Below are positions 13,132 to 25,808 of a DNA stretch of 64,000 nucleotides, piece by piece (within the stretch, counting starts at the first letter, position 1; each line of letters starts with the position of its first letter). The notes beneath the pieces are model-generated. The model searched no databases. It was not told the DNA's origin and saw only the letters and a list, made by a program, of their open reading frames with translations. Source of the DNA: Sphaerodactylus townsendi (taxonomy: Eukaryota); NCBI RefSeq assembly GCF_021028975.2, contig NC_059429.1:38564001-38628000 (forward strand). The letters run 5' to 3'. The translations under genes and the position numbers were made by a program.

Positions 13132-13579
13132 GTGAGTTCTCACAGAATCATATTGAAATATTTTACCTTGCAACTGTTATGAATTAGGTGCTTGTGTATG
13201 TTTTTAATTTCCGAAGAAAAAGACGTTCCGAACACTACGGCAGTTTCATTTGCTATACAGAAACATTTGGCTGTTATTAGTGAACTGCTGCATGACTGCA
13301 AAATCTCTTTCTGGTGTGATGCATCTTTTTTATTTCTGTGATTGTGTATGGTGATATTATCTTAAACAGAACCTAAATCACAATCAGTATTTCCCTTTGT
13401 ATATATAGGGTTCGACTGAATAGTCTGAAGGCTTAATGATGCAGTCACTTTGCTGAGTAGCTAAACATGTCTGGCTGGGTCTGGTCAGTGCCTGCATGAA
13501 AAACAGTTGAGTTCCATAATGGAAGAAAGGCAACCTATCCTAAACAATAAAGCGCTAAGGAATTGAATGCCCTAACAAA

Positions 13580-13635
13580 CCCTCCACCAATGAGGGAGTA
13601 GGACTCATGGGTCCTACTCCTTCATTGGTGGAGGG
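13580..13635. repeat. 56-bp near-perfect palindrome
   Basis: Adjacent 28-bp arms with 2 mismatches and no spacer. Confidence 0.9.
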
Positions 13636-13689
13636 CTCATGGTGGGAACATTTGATTTCTTCCTGACCCACAGAGCAACAGCGCCATGA

Positions 13690-14240
13690 GCTTTGCCTCA
13701 CCCCCACAAGCCAAGTGTCTCCCCACCCCCACAAGCAAGCCTCGGCCCACGGAGCTGCTCCATAGGCCCTTCTCAGCCTTCCCCCACCCCTATAAGCAAG
13801 CCTGGGCCCACGGAGTACCTCCGTGGGTCCAGCCAGGTTCCCCCATCACCACCAACAAGCAGCCTGGCACCCGCTTTCACCTCCCCCCCCAAACATCCCA
13901 ATTCTTCCCTCCCCACATTAACCTACAAGTTCCCACCTTCCCCCCCAGCCATACCTTTCAACCCTCCCCACCCGAAACCTCTCCTTCTAACACTCCTCCA
14001 CCCCAAGCTTCACCTTGCCACTCCCCCAACACTAACCTGCCAACTCTCCTCACCCTCATACTCACCTTCAAACCCTCCCCCCACCCCTAGCCACACCTTC
14101 CAACTCTCCCCCCACCCCAAGCCTCACTTGCCACCTTGCCCACCCCAATACCAACCAGCCAGCCCTCCCCACCCTCATACTCTCCTACCAAACCTTCACC
14201 TTTCCGATTCCCCCCACTTGAAGCCTCTCATTTCACCTGT
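13690..14240. repeat. C-rich low-complexity, degenerate tandem repeat
   Basis: Recurrent CCCCACCCC and CCTTCAAACCCTCC units with strong strand skew. Confidence 0.75.
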
Positions 14241-15131
14241 TCCATTGCTCAAAGAGTGACAGGGATCAGGAGACAATGATGGGTTAAAAACATAAGTCTT
14301 AACATAAAAAGGCTTGATCTATCAACCAGTAATTTCTCCAGCTCTCAGGAAGGCCCTCACTCTTGCAAGAGCCAGGAAGTAGAGGGGGGACCTACCACTT
14401 CATTAGAGGTCCATAGTAAAAAGGAGTCTTGAACCTCGTCCTCTGTTCAGAACTCAGGTATTAAAAAGAGCACACAAGCAACCTACATGACAGGCTGTTA
14501 AACTGGTAGGAGGGAACCCAAGTGTAGCACGTGACAGGATAGATCAGGGTTCTTCAGTGAGATGCCTTCCAAACTGGGCAGGGCCAGTGTAAAGCTGGGC
14601 TTGTGAGATGTCCTCGGTCAGATAATATGGTCTTCCACATGTGCAATAGCGAACATAGCCACTGGAAGATTGGGAGGACTGGTAAGCACCCATGCTGTCC
14701 TGAGCCTGAGTGTGGTTCCATTCCCCTTTGGACCTGTCCTTCTTTTGCCGTGAGCATCTTTTGCAAAGCAGAAAGAAAGATTTGTGCTAGTCTTCGAATG
14801 GAGAAAACTAATTTGGGCTGATGCATAAGGGGAGATGAGTGCTGAGGAATAGAATTCTATGCCCTCCTCTAGGCCTGCTGCTTTCCCAGCTGGACCATAC
14901 TTACTGCCAAAGTATAAATAGATGATACTGACGTTGACAGTCCAATGGTCAGACTCTGAATAATGCAGCTTCATCTGTTCATCAAGGTTGCAATACAGTT
15001 CTTTGCAAATCTTTCATGTCTCACAGCAAATAATTGTGCAACCTCTTCTTTTCCTTTGTGGTTATTCTTGCTTGCAGTTCAGGGTCTAGCTAAAGTCATA
15101 TACTCTGGGAGTTGAGCTACAATGTCTAGAT

Positions 15132-15277
15132 CAGGGGTAGGGAACCTGCGGCTCTCCAGATGTTCAGGAACTACAATTCCCATCAGCCCCTACCAGCATG
15201 GCCAATTGGCCATGCTGACGAAAACTGATAGAGTGCTGGAATTATGGTATCGGAAAACCATCTGGAAGCTTATTCTG
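15132..15277. mobile_element. hAT-type MITE (right end degenerate); related piece at 17182..17270
   Basis: CAGGGGTAGGGAACCTGCGGCTCTCCAGATGTT..ACTACAATTCCCATCAGCC flanked by GTCTAGAT / ATCTAGAT. Confidence 0.7.
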
Positions 15278-15562
15278 ATCTAGATCTAGAACAGCCATCC
15301 AATCCCTTGACAGCTATCCGGAGATGAGAGTCCCACAGCCCTTTCTTGGGACCTTATATCAAGTTCTGGCAAGGGCAATGTTTCTGCCTTTCCCTGTATT
15401 ATCAAACACCTGGTGATGTGCTTGTGCCTTTGAACATTCTTAGCCTACTGGCCACTGACTCAGCAACAATCCATCTGACTTTAATAAGCCTTTGACAGCT
15501 GATGTTAATTTTTGAATTATACAAGGTATGGTCATGACTGATTGTTCTCTTTCACTTTTTAG

Positions 15563-15990
15563 GTTTTATCACACCTGCAAGCTCCCAGGAAGAATTATGG
15601 GGATCCGACTACTTCACTTCTCTTCAGTAGTGATCCTTTTGTTGTTGCTTGTGGCGGGTGCATTAACTGCTTTGCTGCCCAACATTAAGGAAGATAAAAT
15701 GCTCAACCTGCGTCGGGAAAGAAAGTCCCAAGGCCAGATTGCCTCAGATTCATTCACCCTTATTATGCAAACATACAACAGAACTGATCTGCTCTTGAAG
15801 CTTTTAAATCATTATCAAGCCATTCCCCATTTGCACAAAGTGATTGTTGTGTGGAATAATGTTGGTGAGAAAGCCCCTGAGGAGATCTGGAATTCCCTGG
15901 GACCTCACCCTGTCCCTGTTATCTTCAAAGTGCAAACTGCAAATCGCATGAGGAACAGACTCCAGGTTTTCCCTGAGTTGGATACCAAAG
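15563..15990 (+). CDS. EXTL2: EXTL2 coding exon 2 (TM anchor and start of the GT64 domain)
   Basis: tttttAG|G...AAAG|gtaatg; VVILLLLLVAGALTALLP, FTLIMQTYNRTDLLLKLLNHYQ, VIVVWNN, NRMRNRLQVFPEL. Confidence 0.97.
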
Positions 15991-18362
15991 GTAATGGCAG
16001 TCTCTCTGTGGTTATCTCACTCTCCTAGCTATGGAGTTCCCACTTTGGGGGAAATGATTCACAGCTGAGGGGTGTTCCACACAGTGTGTGTTCATCACTC
16101 AATGACTGTAGCATCAAATCAGTCATCACAAAACAATCTCTGTAGCAAAAATGTAGGTTTCACTGCTTCTAAAATGCCATGTTTTCAATTGAGCCACTTT
16201 GTACACTCAACTGTGATTCAATCTGTGATGCGAAACTGAGTGACACAAATATTTGTCAGAATAAGCTTGGAAAGGTCTTAAACTTAGCAGCTGTATCTCA
16301 TCTTTTTTGAACGGCAGAGTCACTGTTGTTTCACCCGCCTCAACAGCTTTTTCACGGTCTTCCTCTGTCCATGCTGATTCCTTCTCTAGCCTCCATTCCG
16401 TGGCCCCTTTGTATTTTCCTCACCCTCCCTAATAACAGTTGCTATCATTGCTCCTTCTGTAACACTCCAGTATCTTCCACTGCCCCTGCCTCTCAGCCAG
16501 ACCACTCCTTTTTGTCAGCCTATCTTTTCCCCCAGTCCAGTCTGTGATTCCCAGGTGCTATCCCGCAGAAAGCCCTCTGAGTATTGAGTTATGTGTTCAC
16601 TTCACGTATAGTCTGCCTTTCAATTATACGATTGAAACAATACAAGAACAGGAGAGCGCATACAAGCAAGGACCTACCTTAGATCCTGAGATGTTTGAGG
16701 GAAAGGCAAGTACATAAAATATTTTAAGTAAAATGCAATAAAAACATAAAACAGGATTACAAAATTAGTTTAGTACACTAAGGTAGTATATTACGTAGAA
16801 TAAAACAGCATAATTCTTACAACAAACAAACAAAACTGGATAACAAAATTAGAGAAACAGTTCAACACTATGGTGTATGCACCAACCAAAACTATGAAGT
16901 CTAAAATTTCATAGACATTAATGATGCCACTGTTGCCTTTATTGAAAGGCCTTCCTGACCAATTAGAAAAAAGAATATGCCCGTATAAAATTCAAATTTG
17001 AAAACCTTTCTTGGCATATTTAAGGAATTCTAAAAGAGTACAGAAATATAAAATAGCTCTGCAGCATCCATATTTAACTGTTAAATTGATGTTATATAAT
17101 CTTCACAAATCCTCATTGCTTGCTGCAGAAACTTGGCAACTAAGAACTGTATTCCAGGTAGGGGAGCTGCATCCGCTAGGGCAGGGGTAGGGAACCTGCG
17201 GCTCTCCAGATGTTCGAGGAACTACAATTCCCATCAGCCTCTGTCAGCTGTGGCCAATTGGCCATGCTGGTGAGAGAACATGATGGTGAGTTGAAGTTCC
17301 TGATAGAGATCTGGACCCTGAGCCATAGGTTCCATTCTTAGAAGCTTAACCTGAGCTTCTGCTGGCAGAAATGTCCTCCCCAGGGCTCTTACCCCAGTGG
17401 AGGGGCGAAACTGCTGGTGTGTGCCCACCCCCAGCCTCCCCCAGCGCCAGGACACAGTGCAGGACCCTGCACCAGAATCCCAGCACCCATGCTGCTGGCT
17501 CAGCAGGGGTGGCCCGGGGATGTTGCTGGGGCAGGAGCTTACATTAGTTGGCCCCCCAGTCATTTGCCAGTTTACACCACCCCCAGCCAGTTTGGATTTA
17601 CACAACCCTTTCGGGTTATATAAGTCCATTCTGCCCCATACAGGCTTCTCAGCAGCAGGGAAGCTGTTTTGGTTTGTAGGCCTCACCGCGCCACCAAGAA
17701 GCCCCTCTGGGAGCAGCAGGGCAGCATGGTTGCAGCACCGCTGCACACCTCACCACTTGGATGGGACTTCCCATCTATTATATTCCTATCCTGAGCAATC
17801 ATAAGGAAGGCAACTCTACTCTAAACTGATTGCCACTTTCTATTAACTAACAATGGATTAATGACTTTGGATCAAATTATCAGATAAAGGAAGTATGCAG
17901 AAGGACATGTATAATGGATTCCACATAGCTCTACCTGCAGAGGCATAATCTAGCTGTGAGTGGCATTTTCTGCAATCTCCCATATATTATTGCTGAGGGT
18001 AGCAGATTGAGTCTCACTAATATATATGCCCTGCATTGTTGTAGTTCAATCAGGTGAGTGAGAAAAGTTGTTAGTGGTTGTCCACATTGTGCCCTCCCTA
18101 GATGCACACAGACACCATTCCTGGTTTGACAGCTAAGTTCTTGAGATTCATTGTGTAGCAAACTGCGTTTAATTATTTCAAATGCAGGCTTTTCTGCTAG
18201 GCAATATAAAGAGTCTAATGAGATTCCTATTTGTGTAATTTTGTGTTCAATCCCTCTTAACCACCCTGATGATTGATAATCAGTTAGCACGGCAGCAATA
18301 AGACTACTAGGTCCAAATCTGTAGTATAGCCAAAGCTAAAACTTGAATGTTAACAACCATAC

Positions 18363-19198
18363 AGGATGATTGAGGGACTGGAGCACCTTCCTTATGAGGA
18401 GAGGCTGAAGCGTTTGTTGATAGTTCCATGGGAATGTCAACTCAATGCATGGTGGTTGTGAAAAAGGCACCCTATGCTGGGGATGATTAGGAAAGGAATT
18501 GATAATGAAACTGCAGAGATTGTCATGCCCTTATATAAAGCAGGGGTGCGACCGCACTTGGAGTACAGTGTTCAGTTGTGGTTGCCACATCTCAAAAAGG
18601 ATATCGAGGAGATAGGAAAAGTGCAGAGAAGGGCAATGAGGATGATTGAGGGATTGGAGCACCTTCCTTATGAGGAGAGGCTGAAGTATTTGGGACTCTT
18701 TAGTTTGGAAAGGAGATGTCTGAGGGGAGATATGATTGAAGTCTATAGAATTATGCATGGGGTAGAAAATGTTGACAGAGAGAAATTTTTCTTTCTTTCT
18801 CACAATACTAAAACCAGGGGGCATTCATTGAAAATGCTGGGGGGAAGAATTAGGACTAATAAAAGGAAAAATTTCTTCATGCAACGCGTGATTGGTTTTT
18901 GGAACATGCTGCCACAGGAGGTGGTGATGGCCACTAACCTGGATAGCTTTAAAAGGGACTTGGACAGATTTATGGAGGAGAAGTCAATCTATGGCTACCA
19001 ATCTTGATCCTCCTTGATCTGAGATTGCAAATGCCTTAGCAGACCAGGTGCTCTGCGGCAGCAGCAGCAGCAGAAGGCCATTGCTTTCACATTCTGCATA
19101 TGAGCTCCCAAAGACATCTGGTGGGCCACTGCAAGTAGCAGAGTGCTGGACTAGATGGACTCTGGTCTGATCCAGCAAGGCTCTTTCTTATGTTCTTA
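18363..19198 (+). mobile_element. CR1 LINE, 5'-truncated (ORF2 C-terminus and 3' UTR)
   Basis: ORF 18474..19007 LYKAGVRPHLEYSVQLW..VQRRAMRMI..YEERL..LFSLERR..RGDMIEVY; 3' hairpin GCTGGACTAGATGG..TCTGATCCAGC and TTCTTATGTTCT tail; possible AACCAT TSD. Confidence 0.93.
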
Positions 19199-19429
19199 AC
19201 CATGCTTTTGTTCCTAAAAGTCTTTGGCTTGTTTCTAGAAATAGAGCAGCAGCAGGATGCAAAGAATTTTGTGGAGAAAAATTGATTGAAGTCTTTTAAC
19301 AGCCTGATTAAAGACATTTATCCACATTGTGATACTAATAGAGTAGTTGTGTACTTAATTTAACTTTAAAAATGCTGGGATGTATTGCTGCTGGGATGTA
19401 TTGGTTTCCTTTAGAATAATAAAAAACAA

Positions 19430-20350
19430 ATAATCGCTGACACACTACTTTTAGCTGCATTAATAACAAATTCTCTATGAGTAGCCCAGCCAGCCTTATT
19501 GTGAAAATAAATGCCTAGGTTTTTGAACCATTTAACTTGCTCAATGCTGTTTCCTTATATCACCCACTTATAAGTTTGCAAATACCACAAATTTTAACTT
19601 CTCAGAATTTAAAGTGAGCTTGTTACACCCACAGTAGTCCAAAAATTGGAGCAATAAATGTTTTAATCCTATTTTTGAGTGTGAAAGTACCATCATATCA
19701 TCTGCATATAAAAGAAATGGCCAGCCTTGAATTGTACCTCTCTTGTGAGTACAGAAATGAGGTGAGATCATTTATAAACAAATTAAACAAAGCGTGGGCT
19801 AAGATATATCCTTGTTTCACCTGAATGTTGATTGGGACTTTAGGTGTTAAATTCCCTTGGGAGGTGAATTTAACTTGGCTACTTGTAGATGAACAGAGGT
19901 TCCTGATTAAATACAGTAGCCTTTTATTCGTCTGCAAAAGTTTGTCCTACAAATGATCCCTAGGAATGGAGTCAAGCACTTCTTTAAGGTCAAGAAAAAC
20001 AACAAATAATTTGAATTTCTTCCCCCTACTATATTTATTCACAAAATGTAACAAAACAACACAGTGAGCAAGCATTGATTTTCCTTTATAAAATCCTCTC
20101 TGCTCAGGCCCCAAAAAGTTCTCTCAGGCCCCTTCCACACATGCAGAATAATGCACTTTCAATTCACTTCCACAATAGCTTGCAAGTGGATTTTGCTATT
20201 CTGCACAAAGTTTCAAAGTGGATTGAAAGTGCATTATTCTGCATGTGCAGAAGAGGCCTTAGACATGCATGTTGTAAGTTATTAGTCAAATGTTTGGCAT
20301 AGTATTTCCCTACCATGTAAAGAAGGCTAATAGGTCAATAATTATTTGGT
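19430..20350 (-). mobile_element. Decayed non-LTR retrotransposon RT fragment (RTEX-like)
   Basis: VKQGYILAHALFNLFINDL and LLYADDMMVLSHSKIGLK; homologous to 22241..24085. Confidence 0.75.
20127..20258. mobile_element. PIF/Harbinger-type MITE nested in the LINE fragment
   Basis: Long inverted arms GGCCCCTTCCACACATGCAGAATAATGCACTTTCAAT / ATTGAAAGTGCATTATTCTGCATGTGCAGAAGAGGCC; TCA/TTA flanks; related to 49015..49154. Confidence 0.75.
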
Positions 20351-20928
20351 AATGAATTGGTGTGATAGTGTAATATAGACAATGAACAAAGCTGTGAAGT
20401 CTACAATTTCTTTCTGCTTTCATCGTTAGCTTTCTCAATTGCTGTACAAAACTGAAGTTGTAATCTCATTAATCAATGAAGCAGACATTTACCTTAAACA
20501 TGGAGTCCATTTTAAACTAAACTGAATTGGGATCACATTGTGGAAGACGGAACAGTATGTTCCTTAACACAAAAAAGAGCTAGTTCACCAACTCCTGTTC
20601 ATGCTGCTGAAAGTAACATTCTACATATCTTCAGGATACTTTGTACCAGAGGTGCCCAATTCATCACCTAATATAAATGCAAAAAAAAATGGAGTCTAAA
20701 AAAGGTTGGAGAATCCCACTAGGCATGTTATACAAGAACACTGCTGCTGAGGTACTTTAGGAAGGCATCCTTTCTTCATGACAGTAGTTCATTTCTTGAC
20801 CTAAACTCCATTGGAACCTTCCAGTGTTCTCTAACAAGAATAATTGTGCCATTTTGTCATGAATATCTTGCTCAGAATTAACATTTTAAAATGTGTGTGC
20901 TCATCAAAATATATTTTTCTCCATTTAG

Positions 20929-20999
20929 CTGTTTTGATGATGGATGATGACACCCTAGTTAGTGCTTATGACCTCATTTTTGCTTTCTCCATTTGGCAG
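20929..20999 (+). CDS. EXTL2: EXTL2 coding exon 3 (DXD motif)
   Basis: ccatttAG|CT...TGGCAG|gtaagt; AVLMMDDDTLVSAYDLIFAFSIWQ; 71 bp, phases match the neighbouring exons. Confidence 0.97.
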
Positions 21000-21128
21000 G
21001 TAAGTTATTTGTTTCACATGTCTCCCTTAAATTATACATAATGACCATTTAAGTTATTTGTTATCCCTGTGAGTGTTTCTTAACATGATTCCAAAAGGTG
21101 TCTTCTACCACATCCTGACTAACTGTCA

Positions 21129-22060
21129 GGCCGCTTCCGCAGGGCCCAAATACGACGCCTTAGGGATGGCAAAAATGCCGTCCCTAAGGCGCCGTTTGCA
21201 CAGGTGGCACTGCTGAAATGCAGCAGCGCCGACCTGGCTTCCCTCCACCTCCCCCAGAGCGGCGTCAGGCCGCCCCAAAAAACCTCCCTCCTGGAGGGAG
21301 GTTTTTTAAAAACAGCGTGTTCCCACCGTCACAGTGCGAACGGCACGCCAGGAACACGCTGTTTTCCCCGTCCCCCCCCCTCACCTCGTCATCCTGAGTT
21401 GCTCCTACCCGGGACTGCTGGAAACCCTCCCTGGCTGTTCTCCGACCCTGGAGGTCAGAGGGAACTAGCGTGTGTGAGGTCTTAGTGAATGATCCAACAG
21501 AGCTGACGCATGGGGCGATGAGTGTGAGAGAGATAGAGAAGAGAGCAGCTCTGTGCAGAGCTGCCTCTCCCTCGCGCTCAACCTCTCGCGGGGGGGGGGC
21601 ATGCACGCTCCCTTGCGAACGGCCCCCACCCCTCCATCGGCAGGATTCCTGCCGGTGCAGGGGCGCCCTTTCTGCAGTGCGGAAAGGGCCTCAGAGAAGT
21701 CCGGGAGGAAGCTTCCTCACCCGTCACACAACTGGCTTCCTCGGAGTGAAGGGATGGCTTTTGTGCTGTGGCAGCTGTTTTGGCAGCCATTTTGCCTTCC
21801 TTAGAAGAAACGGAGACTGGCATGCAATCCTGGATTTGAAGTTCCTGAATCGGTTCATTTGTATGAGTCCCCTGGACTTTCACCAATGTCCCCTGGACTT
21901 TCACCAATGACACAAATCCATTAAGCCCTATGGAGGGCTTCTTGAAGGTGGGAATATATATGTATGGCATGCCTGCAATACTGGAAAGCCCTCTGGAAGT
22001 GGTGGGGCGATGCTGCAGTGGCACTGTTCCTAGTTGTCTGGGGCTCTGGATTGGGCTGTA
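21129..22060. mobile_element. Composite CpG-rich repeat: DNA-transposon-like segments plus a short DIRS RT fragment
   Basis: Harbinger-like start GGCCGCTTCCGCA, hairpin 21156-21192, peptide RRNGDWHAILDLKFLNRFI at ~21803-21860, 21-bp tandem duplication 21867..21908, ends with GGATTGGGCTGTAA. Confidence 0.55.
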
Positions 22061-22240
22061 AGGCTATTTCAGTCCCCTAATCAGGCCTGAAACCAGATTG
22101 GAAAGGATCTAACCAATTTGCATCATTTAGGAAGGTTTGGTGTTCTCCAGCTACCACCGGTTCAGTCCCCTTGCTGAAGAGTGGAACATTTGACACTGGT
22201 TAATAATTATTAAGATCTCCTGGGTCTGGAGCAGGCTTCT

Positions 22241-24085
22241 TCAGATTCAGAGACTTTTATTAGCCATATACAACATAGACACAAAAAGGAAAGAGTAAAT
22301 CCAGTAGAGAACAATGAAAATAGTGTGAACAGAAGCCAAGGGAACCTAGTTCAAAGTGTGCAGCAAACATTTGGCTATGATTTCCATTATTTCAGCCTCA
22401 GGATTGTTGAACAGAAGAATCATCTTTGCATTGGTAGAAAGATCCGAGAACCCAGCTGAGGTTAAGGCAGAGAAGTTGGCTTAAAGCTGTTATGCTTCGG
22501 GCAGGAGAGCAAGATGTGTTCAAGGGAGTCAGTATAGGAAAGACAGAAGGAACAATGTCGATCATGCCGAGGGATGTTTAAGAACTGACCTTGAAGTAAA
22601 GATGATTGAAAGGAATTGCATCTTGCTCTTGAGAGTGCCCATCTAAGTTTATGGTTTGGGAGTTGGTTCAGATAATGGGCAACACAGAAATTTTGGGGAG
22701 TGACCCCAAAGTACAAGCGTGAACAAGAACTCTCTGCCTTGCTCAAAAGGTAATGAAATTCCTGATCAAATAATTTATTTTTTTAGTTGATGATAAACCT
22801 CGTTGGCAGTGAGCATGAGCAGGGAGTCTCAAGCAAGGCCCAGTGAGGAGATCTTAGCCTCGATTAGTAACCGCCAGTCAGAGTTTTGGAGCTCATGCAT
22901 CACTAATTGGACCAAGCAGTGTGAGTCAGAATGGAAACAGAGGTGTACCCAAAATTTGAAAGTGGCAACCCATGCCCTGGTTTCCAGAAAGTGCTGCCCT
23001 GCCTCAAGGCAAAGGACTGCATAGGGGACGCAGTGTGGAAGTCCAAAGATTTTATGTAGGAAACTGGACAGCAGCTGTTCAAGCTTGGATTTCCATGCAT
23101 GGATCCATATAGGAACCCCGTATATTAGATGTTGAACAACTTTCATGTTAAATACTTTCAGGGCCACCGGGATGAATCTGCCACCATTGGAGGTACAAAA
23201 CTTCAGAACAGCAGCAGAGGCACATTTGCTACCCTTCAGGGCCTTATCTCTATGTTTAGCCCAGCCAGGCTTATGTTGGAAGACAACCCCTAAGTAATTG
23301 AAGGATCTGACTTGCTCAGTAACTGAACCCTGAATAGACCAGATCATAGTACTACGAGTGTTTGAAAAAAAACATGACCTTGGATTTTGATTGATTAATT
23401 GAAAGCTGATTAGATATGCAGTAGTTGTTGCATTTAAGGAGTAAGTTCTTGAGGCCGACCCTTGAGCAGGACAGCAGAACTGTATCGTCGGCATATAGAA
23501 GGATTGAGACCGGAACATTATCCAAATGAGAACAATGGGAATTTATGCTATTCAAGGTCAGGGCAAGATCGTTCAGGAAGAGATTGAACAGAACAAAGGT
23601 TAACACACAACGTTGCTTGACTCCCTGGGAAACAATGATGTTGGGGGTTAAGTGGCCTAAAGGATTAATTCAAATTTGACAGGTGGGGTTTTTGTGCAGA
23701 GACATTATTAACATAAGGAGCCTGAGATTCATTCCAAGATTCATCAAGATTCACAAGAGGCCCCTGTCGACAGAATCAAATGCCCCTTTTAAGTCTATGA
23801 AGGCTGCATAAAGATTTGCCTTTCTGCACATATTTTGAGATGAGCATGCTCAGAATCAGGCAATGATCTAGGGTGGACTTCCCTTTCATAAAGCCAATCT
23901 GTTCAATGCCAATGATCTTTTCCTCGGAGATCCAGGAAAAAAGGTGATTTAATAGAAATTTGGCATAGAATTTGCCAGAAATCACCAGAAGGCTGATTGG
24001 TCTAGTTAACTGGCAGATTATGATCATCTTTTTTGAACAAGGGGATAATAGTGGCATTTGTCCAGGAGGAAGGGACCGAGCAGGC
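22241..24085 (-). mobile_element. RTEX-like LINE 3' half (RT and C-terminal zinc knuckle), decayed
   Basis: RPISLL, EQIGFMKGKSTLDHC, LFNLFLNDL, LLYADDTVLL, FNYLGV, RHCSFC..LEHILLSCP; AATAAA then CTGAATCTGAA tail on the minus strand. Clade assignment is tentative. Confidence 0.8.
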
Positions 24086-24094
24086 TTCTTTAGA

Positions 24095-24390
24095 ACTGGA
24101 CGCAGCCTGTTTCAAGAGTGGTGTGATCACTCCTTCTCTTAAGGAAGCACTAACTGCTTATTGAACCCAGCCAGCCTTCCCTGAAGATTTACATAACCAG
24201 GAAGGGCAAGGGTCATATATGAAGGTGGTAGGCCTTAAATTTACAAGGGCCCTACCCACAGCCTCAGACTGAATCAAATTAAAAGTATCACACACAATTG
24301 TACAAGATGGCATCTTGGCGCCATCCAGCCCTGCTACTGCTAATGTAGAATCCAAGTCAGAATGGATTCAAGATATTTCATCTGCAAAGC
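24095..24390 (-). mobile_element. L2 LINE internal fragment
   Basis: LRPTTFIYDPCPSWLCK resembles the squamate L2 ORF2 motif pTTCxLDPCPSWL. Confidence 0.65.
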
Positions 24391-25407
24391 TCTAAGCAGT
24401 ATTGAGTGGCTAGTATGTAGCACTTTGTTTAAAAGTTCAAAGTAAAATTGCACTCGTTATGGTTTAATATACTTTGAAAACATGGTGAAACTGTTACAGA
24501 ATGTAATTTTTCTTTCTCTGTATTTGTATATGTGAGTCAGAGAGAATACATACCTGTTTAGGAGATCACCTCATACAGATAATGCCACAATAAATTTTGC
24601 AGAGTTTTAAGATGCAGCAGGATTTGTTGTAGAATATAACCTGATTACGCAGCCCTCTTTTCTAGGAAATTATGATTGGTGTGTTATACAAGAACTGGTT
24701 ACTACTGTCAATCTTAACTTAGCAGCATGTGTTCAGTTCTACAGTGTCCGAGTCAAAGGTCTTGTAATTTGCTAGAGTCTGAACACAGCTTTATGCATAC
24801 AGAGTCTATATTCTGCTAGAGAGCAGCTATAAATTAATATCCACTATTGGGACTGTATCAAGGGAGACCTTTTAATCTCCATTTAGCAGTGAGCCTAAGT
24901 AGGTGGCCTTGGGCTTGTCACTATTTTCCAGCCTAAATCATCTCACAGAGTTATTGAGAGTATCAAAGACACAATGTGTACTGTCCTTACAGCAAATAAG
25001 TAAATATATGTCACTCAGGATCTTTACTGCTAATATATCTAAACTTAATGTAGTAACTTCATAATTGTGTGCTTGTGATTTTGCCCATGAGTGTACTTCA
25101 TTGTCCAGTATTCTAGGTCCTTTTCCCAGTTTAATATAGAAGCCTCTCTAACAGCCAAACTCTGTCAAAACTCAGAGCGAGACAGCAACGAACAGCCAGC
25201 ATAAACATATTTACATAAGGGAAAATATACAACAACAATATTACTGATAATTAACAGGGTGATTAATAATCCATAAAGTTTCTATAGTCAAAATATTGGT
25301 TGTTGTGAATCCTTTTCTAGGAAGAAGCATATTTGAGGTTTTGCAGTAATATATACACATAGGAGCACCTGGTATTATTGTTTCAGTGTACTGGCACAAA
25401 TCAACAC

Positions 25408-25541
25408 ATGGTTCTCTCAGAACTCTCTCAGCCTCACCTACCTCACAAAATGTCTGTTGTGGAGAGAAGAAGGGAAGGAATTTGTGAGCTACTTTGGGAA
25501 TCCTTATGATTGAAAAAAGTGGGGTATACAAACTCTTCTTC
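25408..25541 (+). mobile_element. Squam3-like SINE 3' half
   Basis: CTCTCTCAGCCTCACCTACCTCACA...AAACTCTTCTTC. Confidence 0.75.
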
Positions 25542-25808
25542 ATACTTAGAATACTGGCAAATGTTTCACTTCTATCATTTCCCTTTTAGTATAGCATCTT
25601 TTTTTAAAAAAAACCTTTAGTCACATAAAAATATTTGTCTGCCATTCCCTTCACATTCTAGTTATTCTAGTATCCCAATTACCCCTACAATTGTCTTAAA
25701 GATTTCTGCGATGCCCACTCTTACTTCTTACAAATAAATATATATAGTCGGTGCAAAATAATGTTTATTTCCCCCCATTCTTTCTCTATATTTTGCTGAC
25801 ACCAGGAA

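Noticed and set aside
13686-14259. Proline-rich ORFs (134 and 188 aa)
   Set aside because: Translation of a C-rich low-complexity intronic repeat
15528-15562. Met at 15528 as the EXTL2 start
   Set aside because: It lies in the polypyrimidine tract upstream of a canonical acceptor; the 13127 ATG exon restores the conserved M-R start
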